The notes under the pieces: generated by a model
The model's input: the letters and a program-made list of their open reading frames with translations, nothing else
Databases searched by the model: none
Told to the model about the DNA's origin: nothing
Program-made: the position numbers and the translations under genes
Origin: Takakia lepidozioides
Taxonomy: Eukaryota > Plantae > Bryophyta
Assembly (NCBI GenBank): GCA_030704615.1
Contig: CM060731.1
Location: 67,580,001 to 67,644,000, forward strand
Length of the DNA stretch: 64,000 bases
Direction of reading: 5' to 3'
Shown: one piece after another, positions 34,801 through 49,000 of the stretch
Position numbering within the stretch: position 1 is the first letter of the stretch
Layout: each line of letters starts with the position of its first letter

Positions 34801-37800
34801 TGGCTACTGCTGACCCACTACACACAGACCCAAGTGCATGGACTTCGTGTTGGGGCCATGGTAGGCGTCTCGACCCTGGTAATTATCTTTGTGGTGTATG
34901 CTGATAGATGTTTCAAGTGTAGATGCAGAAAGCTTGCCTTTGTTCACATGGATGATTCCTCGGAGGGGAGTCAAACATTTCACTAGGATTGCCTCGGTAG
35001 TTCACGTAACACAATGATTGCCCTTCAGATTTGTTCGTCAGGATACTCAATCCACTGGTTCTCCATGTGTATTTTCTGAACGGTGATCCATCATGGTCTG
35101 TGTCTGTTCAGGTATCTGTAAGGCATGCCCATATCATAGCCCTTGAAAGTGTTTGGGAGAGGGTTCTGCTGCTGGGACCTTGTTTTCGATCTCATGTGGC
35201 AGTTGTACTTTTCTCTGGGCTAAATACTCTGTGAGTCTACTGCCTGTTTAATCTATAGTTTGACCTGAATGTTTAAGTCTTAAAAAGTGGGAGGGTCTTC
35301 TGTGGATGCTCACACTGCATTTACAAGCTTGAATTGATGATCCATGATCTGGACATGCTTGTGGGTTGCCCTGGACTGTCAATCTTAAACACCAGGAAAC
35401 TGATCCTAGTTGGTTGGAGGTTATCTAGGCTTGCCAAATCACTATTTGAGGCTAAGTTTCCCTTGCTGCATCCTGATCAACAGCTTTTCATTCCTAATAT
35501 TATGCTGTTCTAAGTTCAGTCAAACAAGTTGCAAGGCAGAGAACAAGTCAAAAAGCTTTGAGGGAATGGTTGCTTCAGTCTCAATGTCCCACGAGTCAGC
35601 CCCTAGTGCAGTATGGAGATCCGAGTCAAGTGGAAAGCTAGTGACCATGAACCAATATGCTACAGCGAGTTGCTATGTTCCAAGATTAAACAGTTTGCAG
35701 GGATCAGATGACAACAATACCTGTGAGGTAGCCAAAGATCTTGGGGAAATCAAACTCCCTCTCAAATTGATTTGGATAATTAACGATGTGGACCAGAGGG
35801 AGCAGTTGAAAATAACAGATTTCACCCCCCCTCGTACAAGGTACAACACATAGAAAGAATAGGCTTAGTTCAAGTGTGGATATATACTGTTCCAACTGGG
35901 AGCATTGAAAGCAGACCTGATAATTGCAATTGTGCGTTATGGGCAGGCCTGTGATGTGTCAACCTTTAAAGACTCGACTTGGCAAATGCCTTGAGAACCT
36001 TCCTTTTGTGTCAGCATTCTGGTAACGTTTCCTCCCACCTCAACTACTGCGCTTTTCTTCATGGAAAACAATTCATTCTCTGTTTCTTTTTTCCTTTGTC
36101 TCTGCTAGTTCTGAATAAGGACAGATGGACTGCAGGGCCCTACAAGTCATTGCAAGCTTAAGGCGTAAATTAGAAGGAGTGTACAGTGACAAGCAGTTAC
36201 TTGGGTGGAAGAAGGTACTTTGCAATCAACCGCCTAAAATATAGGTAATAACCTTTTAAGGATAGCTCTTTGGTTTCCTCTGCTTTACTGCAAAGGGCAA
36301 TGGGTAAGGGGTCAATGCCAGCATGCAGATTAGAGCTTCATTTGACAAGATTGTGATGGTAATTTGACAGATAATTTGATACTTGGTCTAGTGAGAAGGT
36401 TGGTCAAGATGTGCAAATCAAGCTTTTTCCCTTTCGGCTTTGGCAAGGAAAATGAAAGATAGAGGCCTTCATTCACACATAGATTTCAGCGTCAGTCTCT
36501 CCCACAGTTATCAGGTAGAACCCAAGGAAGCAAAATGATTCAGTGAAGTTTGTGTTCCTGTGAATCGTAAGTATGCTTTAGCATGCTTTTATGGGATGCC
36601 AATGTTAGTTTCTTAATTCCTCGTAGTCGAAGACTGATTATCGTATATGCCTTGTCTGTGCAAGGGTTTGTCAGCATGCTGGCATCATAGAAGATTACCT
36701 TCAAACTGCTTTGGCCCCACCAGTTATGCGAGTAAGAGAGCCCTCGGCCCCTATGTTTGATCTTGTTGCTTTGAAAGATGTGCAAAAACAAGGTATCCAC
36801 TGGTGAAGGAGGGAAACTGTGAGGAGGGAGGGGTGGGGGGCTCATTTGGTATGTTCAATTTCGTGCATCTGGGTCACATTGTTGATGATACAGGAGGTTA
36901 GCAACATTATATGGTTTGAGACTTTTGCCCGAATATGGGTGCAGGATATGTTCAAGGAGTTCTTTGTACACACTCAATCCTGCCACTTGGGAGAAGACAT
37001 TTCTGGCCGATTATTGGCAAAGGTGAGTTTCTAGTGCAGTTCTGACTCACTTAAAAGCCTGTCAAGGGAGCCAGATTGTTTTTTCCATTGAAATTTTACG
37101 CAACTTAAGAAACCAAGAATGTGTACTGAAGGGAGAAATGCAACCCAAATTTTTCTCTCTTTGGGACAAAATATCAATCAGCATCTACTACTCTTTCGAC
37201 GGGTTGTGGGGCAAGGGCCACTCCAAGAATTAGCTTGGTTTGTAGTCCTTTTCATTTTATGTCCACATGTTTGAAATTCACATTGATATTTGTGCAGGAC
37301 AGGAGAGTCTGCATCAGCACTGCCTGGAGATGTTACCTGTGCAGTCCCATGCTTATATCTCTTACCAATTGTAGGCATCTTGACAGTCCTTGCAGTGTTT
37401 TTGAACGACTCTCAGCTTTTGCTGTTGCCAGGTTCCTCCTATTTCCAACTTCTGTGTGCACATTGAAGCTCTATGGCTCGATCCACACTCTATAGTATGG
37501 CGAAGGCAGTGCGAGAATTTGCGAGGTGGTTCAGAGACTGAAAGCAGATGGACATCCAGCCTAGGCCTGCAGACAAAGAAAAAGGAGACCCCATATGTTC
37601 GCCGGATTATCTCAGGTGCAGAGCTGGGTGTTGTGCTGATAGGTTCTTTGAAGGTACCTTGCGTATACCTGGACCTCCTGCATTCAACATTTCGTAAATC
37701 AATTGGGCTAGGTAGATTTCGTTGCCTTGATCGAAGACAGAAGAGGCAGGTCGCAGGAGTGCGGGATCGGGCATTCTTTCCTTGCACCATTGACCATTCA

Positions 37801-40800
37801 ATCTGTTTGTGTCCTTGTTGGCAGGTGTGCCAGACTTCAGGCAAGCTGCAGTTAGTGGATTCCACCGGAGCACTTGATGTTATCGTCCCGGATCTTCACT
37901 CTCAATCAAACCTGCACTGTCTATATGAGGTGGGTAGTAATAAAATAATATCCTTGGATGCAATGTTGATGTGAATGGTGACTGATGAAAAGAACGTTAG
38001 CCAGATTCATGCTGTGTAGGAAGGAAAGCATGTCTAAGTTGATTCCAGATTTCTGTTGATAATAAAGACCTACGAAAACTCCTGATGCTGAGGGGTTTGC
38101 GGTAATGTATCAATTGACTTTCAAGAAGTGCAAATAGGCCCAGCCACTCTAACAGGATTGTTCCTACTTACTCTGTCCTTCCAGGTCTCAAACTTCAGTC
38201 TGGTTCTGGAAGGCTTGTCTAGGGCTTCTCCTGCTCCAACTACGAGATGGAATGTTGACAGACCAGAGCACTCACCCTTGTCTTCGTCCAACATTCTCAA
38301 AGGAGTGATTTCAGAGAATAAGCTGTCAAAGAGGGTGGCATGCTACTACGTGCATTTCCATTTGCGACATGCAACCTGCCTTAGAAGCCTGAGGTGGCCT
38401 TCAGAAACTCTAAACAATAATGGCAACTCAAGGATGGTCAACAAGTGTGCTGTAGACCAAGGAGCAGAAGATTTGTGGAAGGGAAAGCATTTTCACATCG
38501 TCATGGTCACTCATAAGCATCATGTTAGACTCAAGGTATATCACAGATCACCGCCTGGGCCTTCAATGGATGTAATTAGTTTCTTTGTTTTTGCTTGAAA
38601 ACTTCATGGTCTTGCAGGCCCTTTGTGTAACCTTTCTTTGAGCTGGTTGGATAGGAGGGTTAACTTCCCCTGGGGTTGATGGCCGTAAGGAGGGAATGGC
38701 ATGAGTACATTCTTTGAGCTGGTAGCAGCAAGACTACCTTTCAAATCGATCCTACCAATCATGGGAGTGGCTGACTGTCCAGTCCTTTGCTAACAATAAT
38801 AAAGGAACCTCACACAGTCGAGCTCTATAAACTGGATGGCAAATCTGCTGCATGATGTCTGACCTCTGGGTTGTTCACCGCTAGGGGGAGATAAGGCAAG
38901 GCCTCTCCCCGCTGCAATCTTGTTGTGGACAAGTGGCTATATAGACATATCTTTCTAGGCCTTGCTGGGGACCAAAGATGATTCCGTAGGACCCAGCTAA
39001 TAGCAACAACCCTGTCTCTCTGTGGTGGCCTACCTGCATGCACTTCATCTTCGGGTTCTATTTTATGTTTTCTACTGTTCTATTGTCCCATGACTAGGGG
39101 GGCGCCCTTGTGGGCCTTATGAACATTTCATTTCTCCCTCTCCCTCTTTTTTCTTGTATCATTCTTTTGCGGATGCTATAAAGTATCATTTCATTTCTCT
39201 GTTTTGAGATGGGTTCACAAGGATGTATGCACTTACGGTCAAAACCAAGTTGTGATCTATTTATATCATTTTCTCTGTGATACAGCACAGTGTTAAACAG
39301 AAGGAGGGCTATCAATGGACATTCTGTGCAGAAGCGGTTGTGCTCCCCTACAGAATTCTACTCCATACAGACAGCACCGCTCCTGATGTGTGTGCTGATC
39401 TTCCCTTGTCTAGAGGAGACGGCGGTTGTGGATCAGTTGCAACTGATTTAAGAGAGAGAAAAGAAAAGTGCATGTTAGGAACATGCAAGGTGGAAAGGAA
39501 GGAAAGTGCAAAAGAGGCAAGTGCTGGAAGCAAAGAGGATGATGAGTGCACTATCCGGTGGTCTGTACCTTGCCTACTGAAACACTGCTCTGGGGAAAGT
39601 GCAAAATGTGGACCAGTGAGTATCTACAGGGGTTTGGTTGAAAGGAATGGGCGCTTGAAGAACAACACGGGTGTGAGCTGTGAAATGCTTTGTTGTAAAG
39701 ATGATGAGGAAGGGTTACAGCAATTGGCAGCAAGTGACTTGGAAAGAATTGTGCTTGAATTCAATGGTCCAAACATTGAGTACAGCCAGGTACACCAGGC
39801 CACAAGTTGCAGCCCTGTTCAGTGTGGCCCCCCTTCATGATCATTTCTGTCAATTCCCCTGTTTATACGCTGATTAGATTAATGTTGGAACAGATCTTAT
39901 TGTTATCACATTTGCCACTGTATCATTACCCGTATGTTCTTTTGTCAGGTACTGCATATTGGACAATGCTATTTGCATCCGCTCTTGCGCAGTGACCTAT
40001 CGACACCTGCTGGATCATGTGGAGATCAATTTCAGTCCAGCAGCGGCCCAGTAGACTCATGCCAACACTCGGCTGATAGTTGCCTTTCTTTCACAAAGCT
40101 GCTTACGGTGGATGCCAGTCGTCCTCTCTTGAGTTTTTCTTTGACATCATTTGAGGATTGCGGGTCCTCAGAAGTCAATGGATTCTCTGGTGCCTGTGAG
40201 GTTCCATCAATCACTACACTGGGTAGACATGGGGAGCAAGTGGCTGAGGTTGTGGAGCTTCCTGGCAAGGCAGAATCACTGACTCTTAACTCAAGGGACG
40301 AAGCAGAACTTCCCCATTCTCGAGGTAGCCAGAAACTTCCAGGCTCTAGAAACCCCATCTTAGCAACCCTCATTTGCCATCAGATCAGTTCTTCAGAGTT
40401 GGCTTCGGTTTCAAGTGCATTGGAGGGGGTTCATGCTTGCATGGATTCCCCTAATGAGGAGGTTAAGACTAACCAGAGAACCATGTCACAGCTCAGTAAT
40501 GCCATTTTAATGGTCCCAAAGGCATTAGAGGAGGGCCTCAAACACAAGTTGGCTAGTTTAAGAGCCCAGCTGGGTCCCTCTGTGTGGGGTGTTAAGGGGG
40601 CTCTTGACCATGTCTCTCTCCCTGTCAGCCTCTCCACAGATAAGTTTGGCCAACAAGGGTCAGAGATCTTAGAGAAAACATCAGATGCAGAGAGTGGGGA
40701 AACCTGTACTAGAGTGTTTGCATTACAAGGGGCATTGGTCTCTGTCATGGGACGGGTGGAATCAATAGAACCCCTAGCACCCTGTCCTTCATTTGCGAGG

Positions 40801-43800
40801 CGCGAACTACTGAAGCTTAGAAAGCCATGTTCAAGTTCAAGATCCATGTGTCCAATGGAGCATGAAGCAGTGGTGCTTGAAGTGCAGGACTTGCATGGGC
40901 CTCAAATGGTGACCACATCTCTACCTGTCTTTGTGATCCTGCAGGCTATTTTCTTTTGAATCTTTTCTCTTAATGAGGCATTCCACCTTTGTCACATTTG
41001 AGTAGTTCTTTGGCTTCATTTCAGTAGTACAGTAGTACATTGTCTGTGTCTCCAGGAAATATTTGGGGTCTGTTGATGCTTGAGCCATGGGCCCTTTGAG
41101 CCCCGGTAAACATGATAATTCTTCCTCTCTTTCTGTGGGGCTGCACTGGGAGGGGTGACTCTTCCAGTCCTTTTTGCAAGCTGAACATGCTGAAGGGAGA
41201 TTCTGGTACATGTCTCTGCGCTTTGCTTGGTCCTCTGTAGTGCTTGCGAGAGATGTCCTTCAAAGCAAATTCATTATTTGCTGCAACCTCAGCTAAATTG
41301 CTAAATGTTGTGTGCATATGTGTATGGTCCAGATCAAAGTGAAGTGCAACTTTGCCTACAATGTTTGTCCGGTTGGTCTGGGGCCAGGGGCTGTGATATC
41401 TTTCCATCGCATTCTTCTGCAAAGGTAACCAATCTCTCGTGTATTGGTAAATGCTGCAGAGAGCACTGCATGTGCTTTGAACAATATCAGAGCCCTGAGT
41501 ATTCGCAGCACTAGAAGCTGCGAAGAGCCACCTCTAATTTGAACACCAAATGTTATCTGATGCAGGGGTCCGACTATACAACTGCAGAGCATTGCCACAA
41601 CACTCTTCATAGTTCACAGCATTCAGGAGAGTTTGCCTTACTTGTCCAAGGGTGGTCAATGCTTGAGAGTGGACCGCTCACTAGCCTTTTTCCAGGAACA
41701 AGACAGTGACTCACTTGATGTTGTCGACACTCCCAACCAGCTGGACCTTCTTTGCAGCCTGACACACCATCAGTCTTTGAGGCTGCACTGCAGGGTAAGG
41801 ACTTCATCAAATGCCATCTTCTGGTTTAATGTTGGGATTGGGAACTGCAGGTCCCTAGTGGCTGCTTCATACTATAATTGCTGTTGTGGCTCCTATTTGA
41901 ATGTCTTACCATGCCAGAAGGCTCTTGAGAATAATTTTGTGCATAGTGTATGTAAGCTGGTTGGTTTCTATTTAGCCTTGTTACTGAGTTCCATGCCATC
42001 GTCCTCCAGATGCCTTCCATGTGAGATCTTCCACTGTTGCATGGATCTGTACTGTTATGTTTCACATTGCTTCTGAGGGGGGTAATTCTTGACTATTTTA
42101 GGAATCTGAAGTGGCCATAACCAATGGCATTTATATGTGTAACCTAGAAAGCATTTGTTTTCTGCTTGTGCATTGTTGGTATGACTGCTGGCAAGTATTT
42201 TGGTGGGTGTAAAACAGTTTGAATCTCTTTATTATTGTCTCCCATGAATATTTGGCAATGGTTGATGCCATCACTTCACTCACTCTCGATGATGGTTGCA
42301 TATCCAAGCAGCGTGCAGTGGTTGATTGAATTCCAGGAATTCCAAGATGTAACCTAGGTCAAATTGTTGATATGTTCCTGTTTAGTTTCAAGAATCATAC
42401 TACCCTTTCTTCTGTTTCAAGACATTACAATAGTTTTGGAACAGTAACAAGCCTAAGTGAGATTATTGACTGAAGATTGGAAGAGTCGACTGCAGTGGCA
42501 AAGTAGTCTATGTTATCTGGCACCTGCAAATGATGTCGCTTGTTCTCTTATTGGCAATACTGCAAGCCCACCATTTGTCATGCTTGCAGGTAGTGGATGT
42601 ACAGAGGCTTGAACTGCAGTGGCAAGGCAGCCCTTTGTTTGATTGCACGGGGTCAGACGATAGGCAGTATATATGCAACGAATCTGGCAGCTTCCCTTCC
42701 AACTGCAAGGATGAATTGCAATGTGTCATAGCAACTTCAGGTTGTTTTACCATCGGTATGTAATTTGTATCTTGCATAAAACTCAGCTTACCTTCTTCGA
42801 TCAGTCAGTTTTATTTCAAGCCTTGTCCTCCTTCCTGTTCAAATTGCATTCAAAATGGAGGCTTTATGAACAATCAGATATACTGAGTTTGGGAAGAGAC
42901 TGTTACTATTAGTCATATAGATGTCACTCACTGATTTGGTGCAGAGTTAGATATTACTGGATGTGTGAGATTAATATAAGATATTGACATTTTGCCTCAG
43001 AGTGGCTTGCAAAATTTGTGTTACACTACCTTACAACAGATCTCACAGGGACTTATATCTGCAAATTCTTCCCAATAATTTTCAATTAGTGAAGCCATAA
43101 GTTTACACTTCTTGTGCTTATACCTGAATTTCACAAGTTCATCATTTTCTCACTCCAATGGGTGTCACAACTATCTATTCTGGATGGCAGATGATGGCTC
43201 CTCCTTGGCAGACTGCTGGGCCACTGGCAGACAGGCTGCTGGGCTGCTTAGACTTGCTTCATTGTCCAGACAAGGGCAGCTCTCATCCACTGTACATGCA
43301 GATCTGCTGAACAAGATCATTCATGTGGAGTCTGCAATGGGGACATCCATAGACCAAGTCTTATGTGCTTTGGTACAAAAGCATGGGCAAATCAGTGTTC
43401 ATAGAGAGCTCCTTTGGGGAGATGTGGGGAACAATCCCTGGTTGATGGAGAGTGGGGGTGGTGAAACTCTGGCAGGGGAGGAACAAGTGATTATGAGTGT
43501 GATACTGCAGCAGGCTTGCCAAATGGGACCTTTGGTAAGCATGGTCTCTCCCTGTGTCTAAAGTTACTTAATTCTTTCTTGTCTCTTACGTGTTTTTGAA
43601 CTCCTCTTAACTGCTGTGTGCAGGTGGTCCAATGCACGGTTATACCAGATATAGAGGACACTCCACAGTGTGTCAGTACTTTGGACAAGAGGCGGGCATT
43701 CAAACCAGCCATCTTGTTGAACAATGGGCGGCGCATCCATACGGTAACCCGCTGTAGGAGTCAGCTTGTTGCCAAGCTGGTGGAATCCACAAATAACTGG

Positions 43801-43860
43801 AGAGAATTGGAGAGCCTTTGCAAAGAGCTTAGAACAAATTCTGTGTTGCAAAACATTTGA
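31878..43860 (+). CDS. CTC1: CST complex subunit CTC1 (telomere maintenance, OB folds), about 19 exons
   Basis: Approximate exons 31878-32348, 33142-33420, 33597-34191, ~34721-34860, 35112-35230, 35948-36021, 36136-36214, ~36675-36731 (uncertain), 36946-37022, 37432-37653, 37825-37929, 38185-38535, 39286-39789, 39949-40908, 41333-41423, 41566-41793, 42590-42756, 43191-43534, 43624-43860. Plant CTC1 blocks: CLTFTD...VCC, SWTFLP, VYFSGSVAAWRP, GLRKK, GSYVGIVTGIHMQGQLVELDKRVWLLLT, GKLQLVDSTGALDVIVPDL, PVGLGPGAVISFHRIL, DDGS..ADCWA. Confidence 0.88.
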
Positions 43861-45336
43861 TTGCATAACTGATTGCATAACAGTTCAATCTGTTTTCAAT
43901 AAACCCGAGCTTTCTTCTCCCTCCCAATATTACATACAGTTTGCAGCTTGGTACTGCTGGTATGATATGTCACCGTGAATTTCTTATGTGGATCTGGTGA
44001 TAAGATGTTGCCTCAAAACATCCAGTATTCAAATAACTGACCTCATAAATGGAGCTCTGACTTACCAATTCGAGCAAATGGTCTGGATACAAGAAAGATA
44101 CTCAGGACTTCACTGTATCATGTTATGCTACAATTAATCTTTCCTGTGTCTCTTCGACCCATGATCAACCAATTTATGCTGCATCAATTTTTCTCAACAC
44201 AGCAAGTGCAGATACAGTTATAGGGACACAATAACAACGCTCAGAGCATGTCCATCTTACATCATTATACCAAAAGATAGACTACCAAATGGCAATAAAA
44301 TATATTTGACACAACGGCATTCATGAAGCACATTTGAAGTGAAGAAACATGAGTCAGTCAAAGACATGAATTATCACTACTTGGCAATGGATTCAAGTAC
44401 ATAACAGAAACCATGAATGTCTAACATCTCTTGTTCAAGTGGTTTGGAAGCATCAGATATAACCAGTCTCTATGGTGTACTGGGCTAGGACATAACTAAT
44501 ATCCAAAATCAAGCTCTTCGGAATAGTGGGCCACATTGATGCTTACACAAGCACAATTGTAGCACTATTGACCCAATGCATGCATGCATTAGGTCAATGA
44601 TTAGAAGGTAGAGTCGTTGGGAACCAAACACTATGATTGACAACATCCGGATAGCATATCCCTGTAAAGAGGTGGCTTCCAACCATATAATTGACACCTT
44701 GCTGGTGCTCAAGACATGTCAATCGGTTGAAGGACGAAAGTATAGTCCAATTCAACAAGAATATGCAAAAAGAAGTTTTGGCTTGTGACCAAAAAGGCAT
44801 TTAGAGCTGTGCAAAACTTTGAACCAGAGAGACACATGGAAAAAGGGAGGGAAGCACATAGAAAATTTCAAGGCAGCCATGCACACATGTGAAAAACAAA
44901 ACCCAGTGCACCAGCATGTAGCTTTCATGCCCTAACTGTAAATAGCAGTACCTTTGCTGGTTCACCTCACACAGATCAAATGATCCATGGACTGTCAGTA
45001 CTAAAGTGACCTAATATGATTGCGTCAGATGCCACTTGAAAACCTTTGTTGTTGAGAGTGACATATCAAGGAACAGTAGGGCAGGAGCTTCATTTTCTGG
45101 AACTGGGCAAACGAGAGGAAGGGCTGCAAGACTTCACAACCTCCGTGATTTTTATTTAGGACTCAAAATAGAAGCAGTCTAACAGGTGACAGAAGCTGAG
45201 AGGCAAAATTCGTAAACTTGAATCCTACCACCACGAATCCTCCGATCCAAAACTCTCCCCTTCGAGCTGCCACACCAAAAAAAGCCACAAAGAATTTGCG
45301 TACACATTCCTGCCCTTTCCAACCCAGGCGCCCCAC

Positions 45337-45759
45337 TCAACGGTACGACTTCTGGAAACGAGCGCGGGCACCGCGCCCTCCAAACTTCTTCGGCTCGCAG
45401 CGACGAGGATCAGCAACAAGGAGAGTACGGTCATACCTCACCAAAATATCTTTGATCTCCTTCTTGGATTGCTCATCGACGAATTTCTGGTAGAAAGCCA
45501 CAAGCGCCTTGGCAATGCTCTGCCTGATGGCGTATATCTGCGATGTGTGTCCTCCCCCCCTTACACGAATGCGCATGTCCACCCCGGCAAACTTTTGGCG
45601 GCCCAGCAACAAGATCGGCTCGAAGGCCTTGTACCTCAAAATTTCCGGCTCCACAAGCTCAATGGGGCATCCGTTGATTTTAATCAGCCCTCTTCCTCGC
45701 TTGCAGTAGGTCACGGCCACTGCAGTCTTCTTGCGCCCGAAGCACTGCACAGACTCCAT
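45337..45759 (-). CDS. RPS16: 40S ribosomal protein S16 (uS9), intronless CDS, 140 aa
   Basis: [16 protein letters not shown]...[13 protein letters not shown]...[24 protein letters not shown]. The true ATG is at 45759; the track's 45807 start is non-ATG. Confidence 0.98.
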   Translation of the reverse strand: MESVQCFGRKKTAVAVTYCKRGRGLIKINGCPIELVEPEILRYKAFEPILLLGRQKFAGVDMRIRVRGGGHTSQIYAIRQSIAKALVAFYQKFVDEQSKKEIKDILVRYDRTLLVADPRRCEPKKFGGRGARARFQKSYR

Positions 45760-46064
45760 GGCTGCTTGGATCTCCGAGGTCGCTGAGAAGAGCAAGAAGA
45801 CTCCCAAAGACAGAGCACTGCGCCGCCCCTGCCAAAACTAGGGCTTGGCCACCCGGGCCGTGACTGGGTCGGGTTGTTCCATCGACCGCCCGAACCGGGG
45901 CTGGTTAGGTCTACGGTTAAGTTTGAACTGGGAGACGGTTAAGAGTTAAGTAAGAGAGAAGAGTTGGTGTGTCGTCTCTCTCGCTCGGCTCTGTCTAGGG
46001 TTTAGAGTTTAGAGGCCCGAGCTCGGGAACAGCTCCGTTGCTTGCGGATTGCGTGCTTCTTGTG
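45760..46064. promoter_or_regulatory. 305-bp head-to-head interval (bidirectional promoter) with telo-box
   Basis: The RPS16 and M16 protease start codons diverge across 305 bp. The interval is CpG-rich and has TAGGGTTT (telo-box, reverse complement of AAACCCTA) at 45996-46003. Confidence 0.65.
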
Positions 46065-49000
46065 ATGGAGTCGCCCCTACCGGTTTCAAGCACCACGCTA
46101 GCTTTCAAGTCACTGGCGCGGCTCAGTGTGAAAGGGAGCGACCCCCTTCCCGCCAGTCCTGTGGGAGTGAAGTATGGAGTGTTGGAGAATGGCCTGCAAT
46201 ATTACGTGCGCAAGAATTCCAAGCCTCGCTTGCGTGCCGCTCTTGCACTTGGTGTCAAAGTGGGGTATGTGCTTCATGTAAATTTGCGGAAAACTGGTTG
46301 CTTGCTTACTTATTAGGAGACGGTAGGGAGAGAGTATTGTTCCGTCGTTGTTCTGAAATTCGCTACGTGTTCTGCGTGGTCAATTGTGCCTTGTCATTTT
46401 TTGAAACGCGAGGCGTCATGCCATCCACGCAACTCTGAAATGCCTAGAGCTGAAAACCGTACGTCGGTGGTGTTTTCAACAGTTATAACACGGGAAGAGT
46501 GTAGACGAATGTTGGCCTGCACATATTTTAATTCTGGAAAAAAACCAAAATTATAGGTCGCAGCCTCACAACGTCAAATTTGAGATGATGGGTGAGGTGC
46601 TTATGTTTCGTCTGTGAACTAGGTGTTGGCACTTGACTAGTAATTGGTATTACCTTTTGGTGGCTGTTGTACCCTTCAGTACACCTTGTCACTGAGATTT
46701 TGAATTGCAGGTCGGTACTTGAGGAGGAGGAAGAGCGAGGGGTCGCACATATAGTGGAGCATTTGGCATTCAGTGCAACCAAGCAATATACGAACCATGA
46801 TATTGTGCGTTTTTTGGAAAGCATCGGAGCCGAGTTTGGGGCGTGCCAGAACGCCTCAACTTCACCTGACGAGACAATCTATGAACTGCTTGTTCCCATC
46901 GATAAGCCCGATATTTTGTCAAAGGCTCTGTCTATTCTGGCAGATTTCAGCACTGAGGTGATTTATTCCTTGTTGTGCTTCATTTATAGGATGAACATGG
47001 GGAAGAAGTTTAGCTTGTCCTTTCCCCATGTCGCCCTGCTCCACTCTTTCCTGTTTTGTTCCAAATTTGCGGTTTTTTATTCGGCGCTTGCAGGTCCCTC
47101 TGGAGTTTTCATGGTGAGAGGCCAACCACAGGGCCCTCTGTATCAGCTATTCAACTTAGAAGCATCTCAAGCTCCAGACATTTTCTTGTTCTGTCTTCAG
47201 GCATCTTAATGTCAGTTACAGGTCTCGTTACAGTCATACAACACCAATGTCTCAGTTGTGCATTTGTCCATTCTAACTCAATTTGGAGTGTGAATTGTAC
47301 AGATTCGGGCATCAGAAGAGGATTTGGAAAAAGAGAGAGGTGCTGTTTTGGAGGAATTGAGGGGAGGGAGGAATGCAATGGGCCGCATGCAAGAGGCACA
47401 TTGGATTTTGATGATGAAAGGCTCTCAGGTACGTCTGAAAGTTTGTATAGTCTGATACAACCAAATATTACTTTTTCCAATGTATGTGTTGGATCGCATG
47501 AGGGTCAACCAGGTGGTGTTAGTCCAAATTCAATCAGTATACCTTTTTCTAAAGCTTTCGGACTGTAATTTGGTTCCTAGACCCGCATGCTTCCATAACC
47601 CTCTTCCATGGTATTTACAGAGTATTTACAGGGGATTTACAGGGTATTTGCAGATCTTCAAAGGTGTCTGTCAAAATACAACTGTTTTGTGGTATCTTGG
47701 GTTGAAATAGCGAGGAATCAAGCACAGGGCCGCCATTCTTTTCTTTCTATGAAGCAAAAGGCTTCATTGAAATTCTTGGTGAAGGATCTATAATTTCACA
47801 GGTCTGTGACAGTAGGATTCTTGGTTCACCCTAGTCAAAATCTTCGAAAGTCAGAAGTTTGGTTTCAAGCCCACAGTTGTTCACAAGTGAAAGTCTGTGA
47901 AGAGGAAGGTTTTATCCTCGCCACAAACCAGTTGACCAGATGACAACTAGGGCATTTGACCTTCTGAGGCTTGCCTTTGAAGCTGCCCTGCTCTTAGAGG
48001 CTGCCATTGGAACTGTTTGAAACTCTCTGTAAGAGACTACATTCGTTTACTCCTATACCACTCCATGTAGCTCAAGATGGGAAGTCTTCCCTTTGAGCAG
48101 GTTTTTTGACCAGCTTGGAACCTATCAAGTTTCGAGTCTAGGGACCATTTCATCCCTACCCAGCTCAAATGCATGAGTGATCCAGCTCCGCCTATGTGAA
48201 AAAGCTGTAGGCATTGGTGTGGTGGACGGGGTAGGAGGCGGCTCTCTCTCATTCCGCTGTTCCTCAAAACTGGAAGAAAGGGCCCTCTCAGCAGTACTGC
48301 AGTTTGGGAGGTAATGCTGGCCTCCTTAGCATTCCTTTGTGCTTAAGAGGGTTTCTGTCAGCCTTAATGGCATTCGTCATTGGGAAGCATAAGTGTAGAT
48401 GAATTTTCTGATGTCCACGCACACTCTTTTGTACTCATGACCAAGTGCTTTTTGTTGAGGCAAAGGATAGCCTGGTGTAAGTAGTCCATACACAGGCAAA
48501 CTATGTTGTTGATTAGAGAATGGGCCTTGTCATTTGCCAAGTATTGGGAACATTTGCCAAGCATAGAACAGAAAGGAGTCCTTCCCAACTGATGCTGGTG
48601 TGGCTGGAGGAATTATCCTTTCTTTTGAACTTCCAGGCTGTAGTGAGAAGGTAATCTTAAGTCTGATGCTGCCTTGTTCTAAGCATGTATGTGTTGATGC
48701 TTCAATGCACAACCAGACCAAATCATGATAGCAACTCCTATCAAATCTTGCCTGGGCAGGTTATTCTACAAATATGGTTCATTAAGCACTCATATGCAAT
48801 TTCCTGTCCCTCCACTAGAGTACTTGTTCCAATTGCAGGACAAAATTGGGACTAGCAGCTTGATGTTGTTCAGGTTATCACTATACCCACCACAATTTCC
48901 ACGGACTTACAATGGGACCTCCTAAGAAGCTAGGTGATACAAGCCAAATATCTAGTTTTTAAAATGGACCACCTGAAACTACTATTACATGCTCATAGAT

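Noticed and set aside
40032-40847. Antisense ORFs of 113-138 aa (also 45469-45786 and 55859-56257)
   Set aside because: They are shadows of real coding exons on the opposite strand.
45337-45759. RPS16 as a processed pseudogene
   Set aside because: The ORF is intact and conserved, has a CpG-rich promoter with a telo-box, and shows no poly-A or TSD. An intronless CDS is not unusual for plant RPS16.
47940-48720. Possible very old LINE remnant in protease intron 3
   Set aside because: Only a vague resemblance on the minus strand, with no diagnostic motif.
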